DNA of 64,000 nucleotides from Lama glama (GCA_028534125.1 CM052816.1:63862001-63926000); one strand, 5' to 3'. Shown: positions 13,601 to 26,578, counted from the first letter of the stretch. Translations and numbers: made by a program. The notes: generated from the sequence alone by a model not told the origin.

Positions 13601-14281
13601 AATCATGGCAATGTTTTTCCTAGGTTCTACCTAGAGAAGAATTTTCCCCAAACCAAGCAGGCAGCATCCCTCTGGGAGCTATTAATGTATATAAGATGGA
13701 TTTTGAAACTTCAAACATCAGATAAATAATGCAAATTACTTAAATGGTCTCACTGTTTGGTGGCAGAATAACTCAGACTCAAATCAGAAAATAGTCAAGT
13801 AGAAAAATCCAGATGGGCCTGAAAGGAGTTATGGAAGAAATCTGGCTGCTAATCATCCCTAATCCACCTCCTACTCCTTCTGGAGCAAAAAGCGTCTGAA
13901 GCTCTAATAGGACTGTGAATGAAAAAAATACTGGAAACAAAATTAGCATGACTCAGAGAGAGCAGTCTGGAAGACTGGGCTGGCCCAGCCCGTTCCCCAG
14001 GCTGACCCCATTAACAGCAGGAGAGAGAGGAAGCTGCCCACGTGGCTCCTGGTGATGGAGGTGTGGGTGGAGAGAGAGCAGCAGACTGGAAGCCTCACAG
14101 ATGAGCAGAAAGAATCACAACAGATCCAGAAGGGGCTGGACTTGGGAATAGACCTGGATGCTGAGAGTTTGAAGCAGGGGATGGCCTAAAGTAAAGTGGC
14201 CAGCCCAGCGCCCAGGCACAGGTACCAAAGGCTGAAAGATAGAAGTCATGAAGTAAGTAGAAGTAGAGACTATGCTGTATT

Positions 14282-14348
14282 CACACACACACACACACAC
14301 ACACTCTCTCTCTTTCTCTCTCTCTCTCTCTCAAACACACATGCACAC
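14282..14348. repeat. Compound (CA)n(CT)n microsatellite
   Basis: Directly visible. Confidence 0.95.
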
Positions 14349-14689
14349 ACTGTGAGCCCCCTGAGATAAGAATGTCTCTTTCTCCCTCTTTGACCCCAGC
14401 ACCTTACAACAGTGACAGGCAATAGCTCAGTGAAGGCTTTGGAAATTGAAAGTGCAGAAGTGGGTTAGGTCACGTGGGCAGGTGGGCCTGGGAAGGTACA
14501 GATACAGGCATCAAGTCAGGCACAGTGGGCCGTCAGTCTAAGCTGGCTTTTGGGGATAAGATGGGAATCAGCGGGAACAGAAGCATTGCAGGAAGCAGTG
14601 GGATTAGAAATCCTAGCAGCTGGTCCAAGCAGCTGAGATGCAGCTCTGGCAATAGAGAGCTCTCAAATTTGAAGCTATCCTTCAGTGAG

Positions 14690-14850
14690 AGCGCTATAGC
14701 ACCACGTGGAAGTGTACAGTGCTGGAGCCAGGGTTCCTACACTTGTGTCTCTGCCTGTTGCTTACCAGCTATGAGACTGTGGGATCACTTATTGACTCTT
14801 TCAATGCTCGATCTCCTCATCTGTAAAATGTGAAGATAATAATACTATTG
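14690..14850 (+). mobile_element. MIR SINE
   Basis: ctggagccag...cttaccagctatgagactgtggg...tctcctcatctgtaaaatg. Confidence 0.7.
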
Positions 14851-15225
14851 CTGATGATCCTTCTCCTCCGTCCAGAAAGCTCCTTTGTGCTTTGTGCCAG
14901 TGTAGAAGGAGTCCCAGGACTTAGAATACCCAGCACTCCACTGGGAACATAAGCTGACCTACCACCCAAACATCTGCCCTTCACTTTGCTGTTGTCTAGT
15001 TCAAGACATCACCTTCTTTTTTTCACAAGGACCACCGCAGTAGTTCTCTGACTCTCTACTGTTAGTCTCAGTCTTTTCCAGCCAAAAGTCATCTTTCTAA
15101 AATGCAAATCTAATCAGACCATCTTACTTGCCTGCCTCATATCCTTCATGAATTCTCTTTGCTCTCAAGATTCTTCGGGTTTCCTTTCCTTAAAAGGATA
15201 GGAGAGCTCCTTGCTTCTATAGCTG

Positions 15226-16238
15226 ATTCTAGGACTGGGGCAGGAAATACATAAAAAGAACTGGGAACATCTTGTAGCACCAGAAAGTAAGAAAGGGCTC
15301 AAACGAAAAACCCTGCAGTGATGGGAGTGTGTCAAAGGGATGCAGGAACCAACTTAAAAGAGCTCCCAATGGCCAAAGCTGGAATAGTTTGAACCACAAA
15401 ATAAATAAAATAATGTTGGAATATAACTCAAAGTATAAAATGAATACCCATGAGTTCATGTTAATGTAAATGAATGACAGAATAAATAATTGGTGGAGAA
15501 GAGACAAATCTCCCCTGCAGAAGAATTCTAAATAAAGTATGTAGCGACTTCACCCTGGAGGAGGGAGCATGACTCCCCCCCATCCCCCACCCCACTCATC
15601 AGTGTTGGCCGTGCATGGGGACTTCCTGCCACGGTGTATAGTATGATAAGGGGGAAAATTCGTGACCTAATGGTGGAGAAAGCAGTAAAACACTATCTCA
15701 GCCAGGTGATCAAGGTCAAACTCATAAGTGATAAAGTTCGTATGTTAATAGCATGTACCTTTGGGATAATGTGATGAGAATGGCTCTTCCTCTGGGGTCT
15801 TCCTCCACAACTCACGACTCCAGTCTAATCATGAGAAAAACATCAGACAAACCCAATACCGGGACATTCTACAAAATTCCTAACCAGGACTTCTCAGAGC
15901 TGTCAAGGTCATCAAAAACAAGAAACTCTGATACACTGTCATAGCCACTGGGAGCCTAAGGATACAAAACAACTAAATGTTATGTGGGATCCTGGATGGG
16001 ATCCTGGAACACAAAAAGAACGTTAGGTAAAAACTAAGGAAACCCAAATCAAATATTGGCTTTAGTTAATAACAGTGTTTCAGTATTGGTTCATCAGTTG
16101 GAACAAGCGTACCCTGCTAATGTAAGATGTTAATAATAGGGGAAGCTGGGTATGGAACTAGGTGCAATTCTCACAATTTTTCTGTAAATCCACAACCATT
16201 CTAAAACGTAAAGCTCATTAAAATGAAAGAAAAAAAAT
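15226..16238 (+). mobile_element. L1MC-type 3' end with A-rich tail
   Basis: attctaggactggggcaggaaa...ctcccaatggccaaagctggaa...tgggatcctggatgggatcctggaac...tgtaagatgttaataataggggaa, then an A-rich tail. Confidence 0.85.
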
Positions 16239-16464
16239 AGGAGGAGAGAAGCGAAAGACAAACTTCACCTGTTTCAGAATCCTGGCAAGCTCAGTCACCA
16301 GGAGACCAGGCCCATCCCCAGATCAGCAGCAACTTTTCTCCTGTGCGTGGTGCACACAAACTTGGGAGTTCTTCAGAGAGATGACCACAGGGATGGCCTC
16401 GCTGTCTCCATGGAGATCCCAGAAAGCACCCAGATTCACTGTCCCACCATCCATAGGCAGCAGG

Positions 16465-16670
16465 GCATAGAACTGATGGCCTGTTTAGGTTCTGGAATGA
16501 GGCCAGCTGGTTCTGCCATGAATCGGCGAATTCCTGATCCTCTCTGAACCTGTTTCCTCATCTGTAAAAATAATAAAGTAATACTGCTTAGCACACAGAG
16601 TAATTGAGATACTCTAATGAGATAAGGTATAAACATGCTTGACACAGTGCCTGGCAGATAATGATGATGG
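16465..16670 (+). mobile_element. MIR SINE
   Basis: ctctctgaacctgtttcctcatctgtaaaa...acacagtgcctggca. Confidence 0.75.
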
Positions 16671-19377
16671 AATGTTATCATCTCATTCTTCTCAGACCTT
16701 GCCAGTAGAGTCCAGTGGGAAAACTCTACATGCAGGAAAAACACGCCTGCTCCCTAGAAGTTCCTTGTCAAAACCAGGGTACAATGGTGGTTAGACTATA
16801 CATCAGGCAGTCACTCGTCTAAGGGACTTGGCCAGAGCAGCTGAGGAGCCCAAGCTGTAGCTGATAATGGAACGGCTTTCAGAGGCTGTACTTTTGGAAG
16901 GGAAGCCACACAAATGTTAAGGCTTAACATTTTCCCCGAGGCAACTCACTTGGCCATTCTCTGACTGGATTGATTTCCATGGAATCAGGAAGCTCTGTTC
17001 TAATGTGTTCCAGCCAGTTTTCAGCCTACACAATGATTGCAATCAGATCCAAACCAGTTTGAGCAGAATCTGCCAGTAGAATGCCATGAAATTGCAGACC
17101 CAATTCTTTATTACTCCAATAAATCTCTAAATATGACAACTAGAGTTTTACCCACAACCAGTCGTGTTTCTATAATTTTAACACAAATAGCAATTAAGTA
17201 TGTCTGGTCTAATATGTTCTCACCATTTTGAAGTCACCCTGCTGATTGAGCATAATTTTATTCTCCCCACTGATGTTCACCAAGGCTCTCCTTTAGGACT
17301 GCTTGTCTCTTTGACCAGGTGGAGATGCCACCGGAAGAGGCAGTCATTGCTGGCATCGCTCTCTTTCCTTTCTGAGGACCAGAAGAGCCACTCCCTGTCT
17401 CTTTCCAGCTGGGCAATTTCCTGGCAGAGCAGAGGAGCTCCTGCAATGCCAGATCTTGGGGCTGAGTTTCCAGCCATTGCAGGCCCCTGCTTATGCCTCT
17501 CAGAAAAGTACAGAATGGAAGATTCTCCCCAGAGCATCAGGCAGAGGCCAAGCATTATGTAGGCTGACGTGCAATCCTGTTTTCTTCCAGGATTTTGGCA
17601 CATTCTAATTTATTTATAATTAAAAATTACACATTCAGTAGGCACACTGGTCAGTTCCTTTTAATACATTATCAGTGGATCTCTATGTATTTATTGTGAA
17701 TCCATTGTAGCTAGCATCATGGTAGGAGTCTTAGATTATCCTTAGAAGCAGTTCATCGATAATACATGTTTTGCTTTTTCTTTCAGCATTATCTTTCCTG
17801 TTTAAGGTGTCACATAATTTTCGCAATGGTTTCAACATTACTTTAAGGTTTTCTTTGTTTCTCTTTCCTTTGCATTATATAGTTAGGTTTGTATTCGTAG
17901 GAAAAGCAAAGCAATGAATTAAACAGTTGTCTGATAAATTCAATTAAAGCACAGCAACAATTTGAATCCTTCTTGCTAAAGGAAGGTTTCTAGTAAGAAT
18001 TTCCCACCCACTCCACTCCATCATAAATAGTTGATTAATTCTATTCTCAACCACTGACGGAAAGGTAGGTAATGTTAACTGAGTACCTACTATATGCCAG
18101 TTGCTCTGTTAAGTGCTTTACAGGCATCATTTTACTTGGAGTAGAGAGATGAGTTAGTCATAATTGGCCATTTCTTTGGTTTTTCAGGCAGTTGAATTTC
18201 ACATTTCCCTGAATACACGCACAAGAATGAAACATCTGATTGATGCATTAATACATGACCTTCCTGAGGGCAGTATTCTTCCACTCAATCTAGCATTTTT
18301 ATATATTAGGCTCAGTAAGAGTTGTTGAATTCAATATATAATCTCAATATTAAAACTGTATATTTACTCATCTCTATGTACAATGATATAAAGAAATCAT
18401 ATGAAGAAATTAATACTAAAAACTATTCAAAATGAACACAATATTTTGGAATGATTTCTGACATTTAGATCTGTCTTTATCCAATATTCAGATGTCTTGA
18501 TAAGAAAACAAGAACTAGACCAACATTTAGGCTACTTAAAGGATTATATAACAGGTTAACTCACCGTAAACACTATTTTGGCTTCAGAAAGCACTAACTT
18601 CAAAAGTGAAAATTAAATGCCAGCAAAGTTTCTGCCTGCAGAAGTATACACAGTCAACTCAAGTTTTACCCCCTTGCAAAGTGGATCACACCTGCTGATT
18701 GTACATGGACTTAGGTCACATTACATCACATACACGGAAGAAAAGGAAGCATTCTGTCATCCAACCAAAAGGGACTTGTTGAAAATCCACTGCAGATGTA
18801 CCTGTGGAGTGTGACGTGGGGAATACAAAAGACTAATAAGACAGGGTCCCTCTCTTCTTGGAGAGATAAGACTAGCATAGTTAAATACAAAAGAATGCAA
18901 AAAGTAGGATCCAGTTCAATTTAATGAAATTTTCCTTTATTTATGTATCTGATAGAAAACTATTGGAAACTTGATTTAAGAAATACTTTTTCAGCACTGA
19001 CTATGCACAGGAAGGTCTGTTCTCATCATCTTTGAAACCCTGGGCCTACAAAATGCCTGGCAGTTTGCAGGTAAGTAGTATGTTATGAATGAATCAAAGA
19101 ATGAATTTATTTTACTGTGTGGAAAATCTTGCAAGGGAGTAAGGTGCTAAGGGAAGCAGCTAAAGATCTATAATACTTAGAAAGTGATCACACTGCACAG
19201 TGTTATGAAAGTTTAGAAGTGGAGAAGACACTGAGTTGAAAATTAGGGTTACAGTTCTAGGGACAGATGATGTAAAGTGAGTGAATTGTAGGGGGTGGTA
19301 GAAGTTGGGACTATAAATATAAGTTGTGGCAGAGAGCAGAGCCCTTCTTAGGCAACAGGGAGTCACAGTGGAATTTT

Positions 19378-19551
19378 TGTTTTAATTGAAGTACAGTCAA
19401 TTACAATGTGTCAATCTCTGGTGTACGGCACAATGTCCCAGTCATGCGTATACATACATATATTCGTCTTCATATTTTTTTCATTAAATGTTATTACAAG
19501 ATATTGAACATAGTTCCCTGTGCTATACAGAAGAAACTTTTTTTTAATCTA
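19378..19551 (-). mobile_element. Young 5'-truncated L1 3' end (camelid-type), antisense
   Basis: T-rich tail then aattgaagtacagtcaattacaatg...ttccctgtgctatacag. Degenerate TSD cacagtggaatttt (19364-19377) / cacaatgggatttt (19552-19565). Confidence 0.85.
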
Positions 19552-19606
19552 CACAATGGGATTTTAAAAGACAGAACAACCTAACTGAGCCTTCTGATAT
19601 TAAGAA

Positions 19607-19758
19607 TATGTTCAATATCTTGTAATAACCTTTAATGGAAAAATATGAAGACAAATATATGTATGTATATGCATGACTGGGACATTGTGCTGTAGATCAG
19701 AGATTGACACACTGTAATTGACTGTTCTTCAAAAAAACAAAAACAAAAACAACAAATA
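19607..19758 (+). mobile_element. Young 5'-truncated L1 3' end (camelid-type), sense
   Basis: Reverse complement of the neighbouring copy, with an A-rich tail. Candidate TSD aagaata at 19602-19608 / 19759-19765. Confidence 0.85.
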
Positions 19759-21184
19759 AAGAATAAGCTGGAGAGTTGTGGTAAGTGGATTTGAATAGGA
19801 AGAAAACAGGCAGGAAGACCAGTTAAGGAGGGGCTATTACAATTGTATAGATAATAGGACATTGAACTAGGGTGGGTAGTAGGATGGGGAAAAGAAGTAG
19901 TTTTTCAAACATGTTACGAAAGTAAGCCCTTTAGAGTTTGTCTACTGAATGTATATGGAGGATTGTGTAAGGGAGAGGGAGGATAAATCCAAATTTGAGG
20001 CCAAGAAGAAGGTGATTCCTTTGAACTACTATGTGGAATTAGGGAGGATTAGAGGAGGAGATGAGGTCTTCACATTTTCTGTTCAAGATTAGAAGTTTAC
20101 AGTCATGTAGCAAAAGGGAATGTCATTCTGAGCTGGAAAAGCCAGGGATGGTGAGAATTTGAGACACGAGCGGAGCTGGGTAAAATGACAAGACGAAATG
20201 TTATTGTTGTTCAGAACAGTGAAGAACAACAGGCAAGTGAATATGTATCTGTATCTATTATTAACAGCAGTTATTTAGTCTGAGACCACTTGAGTTTATT
20301 GGAGCAATTAATTTAGATGTTAGGTCCACACAATGCCACACACTGGAATATCTTGTAATAACCCAGTAAATGACAAGGGTTTTGTTTATTTGTTTTGCTT
20401 TATTTTTAATCCAGGAGTTTGTGATCATGTAGTAACAGCTTCAGCATTTGGCTCATTTTTTATATTAAGGTTTTAATCTCTTAGAAGATCCATCAGAGCA
20501 AGAGAGAATATTAAGTGCCATCAATTTAGCCAGACTCTCATATGGAGATCATAAATTACACAAGGATATATGTTTTGGAAAATGTTATTTTCCAAGTGAA
20601 ATTTTTGGATAAGTCTATCAAGAAAATTAAGATCTCTTACAAAACAAAAGAAGGAAAAAAATTTTTGTTCATTTTGGAGATGACTTACCAAAATTCTAAA
20701 TTATTTCTAGTGAGGAGGGGAAATAAAGTCAAAGAAATGAGTGAAAGTGAAACAATCATAAAATAAGGAAGCAGTGAATGTTCTTTACTTCATTCTGATA
20801 TTGATAAATGGTCAATTCTGCGGGGAGAAAAGTTAAACTGTTTTATATCAACAAGATCACCTTTGGCAAAATATCATCATTGGGGTTAGTACCAACATGT
20901 CATGTCTGATTTCAGACTTGTATTTTGTTTAATGTTATACAGTGTGTATAATGGAAGCTATACACACTGTCTTCAGGAGAATGTACCACTTCAAATAAAG
21001 AAAGAATTTGCATAAATGGACTCCAAGTTAACATGCCTTGCTATAACAATGCATTCCACTCCTGAAAGTAGCAATGCAAACAAAGCTTTTCCTTACAATT
21101 ACAAGATGAATATAAATATGGCCCATAAGAATGTATCAACCCAGTGTTATTTGATCCTTGATTAAGTTTGACATTGTGATGATG

Positions 21185-21232
21185 ATAATAATAATAATAA
21201 TAATAATAATTAATAATAATAATAATAATAAT
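21185..21232. repeat. (AAT)n microsatellite
   Basis: Directly visible, with one interruption. Confidence 0.95.
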
Positions 21233-21394
21233 TCTTCCTGTGCTACATATTTAAAGAAATTTGTGTTCTATATAAAAGCTATCTGTGGGCCTCAGACATG
21301 AGATAAATCTCTATCTAATGATCCATAAATAAAACAGGACCTAATTCAATCCTCAGAGTTCCAAGTATAGCAGACATCGTGCCTGGCCTTGGAG

Positions 21395-21945
21395 CTTTGG
21401 TTTCTGAACTGCTGAGATGCCCGGAGGTGGTGAAGGAGACTCGTGGGAACACTGCAAGGTATCTTATATCTTATATATTTTGAGAAAAATACAGCAACTC
21501 GTGTACATAGCATGCCACTACTAGCCCAAGGTAGTTCACAGTTTCAATGTTAGATCGCACACCAGCCTTCTCAATGATGTCATACTTTTGTAAAGCTGGG
21601 TTTTGGCAGTTGCTATGATGAAAATTAATGTGGAGTAGGAAATGACGGTGGTGACTTCCAACCAGATTCCAAGATTTAACGAGTTGTGCAGTGACCAACA
21701 AGCACACCAGTCCTACTAGTAACTAACTGTTTTTCTTTTTAAATAAACATATTATTTCCCCCTTCAATTTATATACATATATATTTTCCAAAGTCTACTG
21801 AGTTGTTAGGACAAAAATATTTATTGTTTTGTTGTACCTGTTTAATAAGTGGGACTATTAGCTACTCCTTTTGGCCTATGGGCACCATGAAAACTTGCTG
21901 ACACATTAAGGGCACTGGAGCCAAAATGTTTGAGAAGGTCCATTC
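21395..21945 (+). mobile_element. MER119/Charlie-like hAT element with transposase C-terminal remnant
   Basis: Degenerate translation SYFCKAGF...KINVE*EMTVVTSNQIPRFNELCSDQQAHQSY* resembles the hAT dimerisation-domain C-terminus (YLCEAGFS...QAH.SH*). Confidence 0.7.
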
Positions 21946-21949
21946 TGGA

Positions 21950-23110
21950 GGGGAACTAACTTGAATAAGACACAGTCCCTGCCTTCTGGCTGCTTAGAAA
22001 GATGTATGTACTGCTAATTCCAGTTACAGGTATTTGCCATAGCAGGAATATAGACAAAATTCAAAGAGCTAGGAAATCTCAGATGTCATTTGGTTAGAGG
22101 CGGAAAAGAGATAGTTGAGATGTCACATGAGTTTAGCTTAAAAAAGAGTAAGATTTTAATAGGTGGGAAAGAGGAAGAGCATTCCTCTATGAGGGAACAG
22201 CATGAGTGATGACACAGAGGCACAGACTGGACATCTTGTTTGCCTGGAAAGAGGAAGGGCAAGGAGTGGCAAGAGAGAACCATTTTGAAAGAGCTGCAGC
22301 TTTTTACCATGGACAATGGGAAGACACTGGACACATCTGGGTGAGGAAGCCGTAGATCAGAGTTGTGCCTTAGAAAACCAAGCACCATAAGGATATGAAA
22401 GCAGGGTTACAGAACGAGAGTTAGGGGGCGAGAGGTACTGACGGCGACTATAGTTTCCAGCTTGGATTAAACCTCTTGTTTGCACAAACCCTGCTTTATT
22501 AATCTATGTATTGTACCTAGCACAAGCCTGATAATTTGAAGCACTGAATAAATTTTAGAATGTGAACTACCTGGGGAGACAGAGAAACAGCTCATGGTAA
22601 CTATGGAGAAATCTCCCACAGTGCAGGAGAGAGGTTAAATTCATGGTGTCAATTTGGGAGTCATCCACCTAGAAATGAAAGAAGGAACTGACAAAATAAA
22701 ATTTCACAGGGAGCAAATATAGATTAAAAAGAGAAGCCAGTGACAGATCCCTGGGGAACACTCACCACTGGGAGCAGAGAATGAGCTGCTGGCAGAAGAG
22801 ACAGAAAGGATGGAGAGGCACTGACGGGGTGAGAACCAGGGGGAGTGCTGTGCCAGGAAACAAAGCAGGACGGACTTTCAGGATGGAGGAGACAGTCTGT
22901 AATACCAAAAAGAAGAGGGGAAAATCTGCAAGAAAGCTCCTGGATGTGGCAATTAGCAGGTCCGTGGTGATCTTGAGGAGGACAGGTTCAGTGGGAGTTA
23001 TAGGAAGACACCAGATGGCAGTGGAGGTGACCAGAGTGGTCCTTCTGGAGAAATTTGGTGGTGAGATGGCTCTGGAATGGGAGCTTTAGGCTAAAGAAGT
23101 TTGAGTGAAG
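21950..23110 (-). mobile_element. L2 fragments, antisense
   Basis: ataagacacagtccctgcc, aatttgggagtcatc and tggatgtggcaattagcaggtccgtggtgatcttg L2-like blocks. Confidence 0.6.
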
Positions 23111-23559
23111 ATGGATCTGGGGATAGGAGTGGCCTGAATGGAGAGCACAGGAGAGAGGAGTAGAGCACAAACAGCTCCATGTACAACAGAAGGAAGAGAT
23201 CACCCACGTCTCCAGTGAGAGAGCACGGGGCGGGAGTAAAAGCACAGCCGATCCTTTTCTCTTCCTTTCTTCCCTTCCCTTCCCTCACCCTTCCCTTTTT
23301 CCCCTCTTCAGCCAGAGTCTGAGCAGGGCGAGGAGGAGTGGGTGGGAGGGCACTGGAGCATGAAGGTAGGCCCTGAGTAGGGTGAGGAAGGTGTCCACAT
23401 GGAGTAAAAGTGGAGTGAGGAGGCTGCCTGTGCAGGTGGAGAGGAGCCCAGCATTGGGGTGGGGCCTGGGTGTGGTGAGAGGAGGTCCCCACAGGCTGGT
23501 GGGGATCTGGTGGGGACATGGGAGCCATCGGCCTGAGCAGGGCAACCGTGATGAGGTGG

Positions 23560-23816
23560 GACAGCAATGGCTTGGGATGTTTCTTACATACAGGAGGACT
23601 GATCAAATAATCAAATGTATAAAGACTAAGTGGAGGTTGCAGGGAGGTGGGGATTGCTCACTGGTGGGGAAGGAAGTTTCAAGTATGGAAAAGGAGTAAC
23701 TTAGAATGAACTCTGAGGTTTAGGATTAGTATGAAAGATATTAGAATAAGCCCATGGATTTCAATATATTTAATTATACACAGAAACAGAGATACAAGTG
23801 TGTATGTGTATAACAT

Positions 23817-23870
<54 letters not shown>

Positions 23871-24891
23871 CCTTTGCTCTGTCTGCTGAGGGAGTTGAAG
23901 AGGCCTGGGAACAGAAACATTCCAATAGCAATGAACACATTTAGCACAAACTTGCTTTTAAATAGCATTCTTTATAAAAAAAAAAAAAGCACAGGAAAAA
24001 ATACCTAAATTCTAGGGCTGGTGGCAGGAAAATAGAAAATGAAATCAGCATCTCTTGTGCCAGAAAGCTAGGAAGTGCTCATGGGAAACATGTCAGAAGG
24101 ACACAGGAGCCAGTCTGAAGTGGCTTCCACTGGCCAAAATGGGGACAAGGTGAAATGAACATGATGTTAATAAAAGATTATGCCCATTGAATGAAATAGG
24201 AAATCACTAATCTATACCAATAAATAGATTAATTAAGTGATAGAAAGTTTGATGAGGAACAGGATATTTACAAAGTTTTGTTCGTACCTCTGACAAAATG
24301 CTTACCAACTACCAAGGAACAGAGTAACTCTACAAAGAGAACCCTAGCTGACACCCCTGTAATCAAGCAACCCAAGTGAACATCAGTAATGGTCAAATTG
24401 AAATCCTGTGCACCTGATAGGCAGTGATGAGAACACAGCATAACTCCTGTGATATTCCTGTTAGAGATGCTTAAATTCAACCTAATCATCAGGAAATATG
24501 AGGGACATTCTGCAAAATAACCTTCCTGTAATCTTCAAACACGTCAAAATCTTCAAACATGTCATCAAGGTGAAGGAAAGACTGTGGAACTGTTCCAGAC
24601 TGAAAGAGACCAAAGAGACATGACAACTGAATATAACAGGCATATCTAAGCTGGATCTGTGTGCTGTGAAGGACATTGTTGGGACAACTGGCTAGACTTG
24701 AATGGGGTCTGAGGATTAGCTGGTATAATGGATCAGTGTGAATTTCCTGATTTTGATAGTTGTATCCTGTTTATTTAGGACAATGTCCTTGTTTGTAGAA
24801 CTACTCATTAAAGTTGGGGGCAAGATGGTCAGATGAGAGTAAGATTGTCAGCTTAGCCTCAAATGGTCCAGGAAAAAAGATTTTAGTTTTG
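23560..24891 (+). mobile_element. L1MC-type 3' region
   Basis: aattctagggctg...tcttgtgccagaaagctaggaagtgctc...gaaagactgtggaactgttccagactgaaagagac; same family as 15226-16238. Confidence 0.8.
23821..23868. repeat. (AC)24 microsatellite within L1MC
   Basis: Perfect dinucleotide run. Confidence 0.97.
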
Positions 24892-24893
24892 TA

Positions 24894-24980
24894 CAGTTGA
24901 CTCTTGAGTAACATAGGTTTGAACTGTGTGGGTCCACGTATATGTGGATTTTTTTCACCAAATATGTACTACTGTGTACA
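24894..24980. mobile_element. Tigger2/MER28-like TcMar end fragment
   Basis: TA then cagttgactcttgagtaacataggtttgaactgtgtgggtccac, matching the Tigger2 TIR. Confidence 0.75.
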
Positions 24981-25422
24981 CATCTTCCTCTAGGTAAAGA
25001 GATGGGGGCTTGGGTCCATCAAGATTGGAGTTTTACTCTCAATGAGACAAAAGATACCGACTCTCAATGGCTTTAGATGATGCATTTGTATTTTCTCAGC
25101 AGTAATGCAACTAACACTTAGCATGTCTTTAATTACAAGAAGTTTATGGCATCTATATAGAACTCATTTTGATTCTGCACCCTCAGGACACTGCAAACAT
25201 GTTTAGAATGTTTAGAATGTGTTTCCTTTAGTCAGACTACTCCAGAGAACAAACTACCACTCCAACCCATGGTGGGTATCGTAGGCTGTTTCTTTTATTA
25301 TCTGATGGTTATGATGCTGACAGCCAGAACCACCAGCTGCTTCAGAAGATCTGACACCCTTTCCTCTCCTTCCTTACATCAACCCAGGATGAATCACAAA
25401 TCCTTTCATTTTTGTTAGCTTT

Positions 25423-25964
25423 TGTATTAGTCAGTGTTCTCCAGAGAAACAAAACCAAAAGGGTGTGTGTGTGTGTGTGTTTATTATAAGACACTGGCTT
25501 ATGTGATTAAGGAGGCTGAGAAGGCCCAAGATCTGTAATTGACAAGCTGGAGCCCCAGGAGAGCTGATGGTCTAAGTTTTACCTGGAGTCCAAGGGACTG
25601 AGAACGAGGACAGCCAATGGTGTAGTTCCAGCTTGGAAGCTAGTGCGCTAGAGACCCAAGAAGAACCAGCATTTCAAGTCAAATCTGAAGGCCAAAAAAG
25701 ACTGATGCCCCAGCTCGAGGCAGTCAGGCAGGAGGAGTTTCCTGTTACTTGCAGAAAGGTCAGCCCTTTTGTTCTGTCCAAGCCTTCAGCTGATTGGATG
25801 AGGGCCTCCCACATTAGGGAAGGCAATCTTCTTTACTGAGTCTACCAAGTCAAATGTTAATTTCATCCAGGAACATCAAAACAGAAGCACCCAAGATAAT
25901 GTTTGACCTAGTATCTGGGTACCCGGCAGCCTAGTCAAGCTGACATATAAAATTAACCACAACT
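25423..25964 (-). mobile_element. MLT2B-like ERVL solo LTR
   Basis: tgtattagtcagtgttctccagagaaac...agtcaagctgacatataaaattaacca. Perfect 5-bp TSD gcttt at 25418-25422 / 25965-25969. Confidence 0.9.
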
Positions 25965-25969
25965 GCTTT

Positions 25970-26578
25970 ACTACATACAGTGAGATTCATGAATATTAAA
26001 GTGTGCAATTCAGTGGGTTTTGACAAATGCGTAAGGTAGTACAACCACCACCACAATCATGACACAGAACATTTTCATCAACCCAGCATATTTCCTTGTG
26101 CTCCTTAACACTCAACCCCTTGCCCCTAGTCCCTGCCCCTAGCAACCATTGATCTGCTTTCTACCACTATAGCTTTGCCCCTTCTAGAATTACATACAAG
26201 TGGGGTCACACAGGATGTAGTCTTTTATGTCCTGTCTTTTCACTTAGCGTAATGCTTTCAAGATTAATCCATACTGTTGAATGTATCAGTGGTCGAGTAT
26301 TTTTAATTGCTGAGTTGTATTCCATTGTATGCACGCACCACAGTTTGTTTATTGAAGGACAATGGGTTGTTCCTAGTTTTTGTCAGTTATTAATAGAGCC
26401 ACTACAAACCTTTGTGTATAGGTTTTTGTGACATGAGTTTTTATTTCTCTAAGTACCTAGGAGTGGGATTGCTGGATCATATGGAAAGTGTATGTTTAAG
26501 TTTGTAAGAAGCTGCCAAACTGTTTTTCAGAGTGGCTGTATCATCATGCCTTCCCAGCTACAACACATGGGAGTTCTC
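25970..26578 (-). mobile_element. L1M 3'UTR fragment, antisense
   Basis: ttcacttagcgtaatgctttcaagatt...acctaggagtgggattgctggatcatatgg...ctgccaaactgtttt. Confidence 0.85.

Larger units (their letters stand above)
19150..20120 (-). mobile_element. L2 fragment, antisense, interrupted by two L1 3' ends
   Basis: Purine-rich L2-like sequence (gcaggaagaccagttaaggaggggctattacaatt) on both sides of the L1 pair. Confidence 0.55.

Noticed and set aside
8088..16238. Inverted L1MC pair (8.1-10.4 kb minus versus 15.2-16.2 kb plus) as a functional inverted repeat
   Set aside because: Ancient, highly diverged, independent copies several kb apart; commonplace.
21356..21459. Possible plus-strand exon (cctcag|...caag|gtatct)
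   Set aside because: Weak splice sites, and it largely overlaps a MER119-like transposon end.
23091..23606. 171-aa minus-strand ORF
   Set aside because: Low-complexity G/C-skewed sequence overlapping repeat edges; no recognisable domain.
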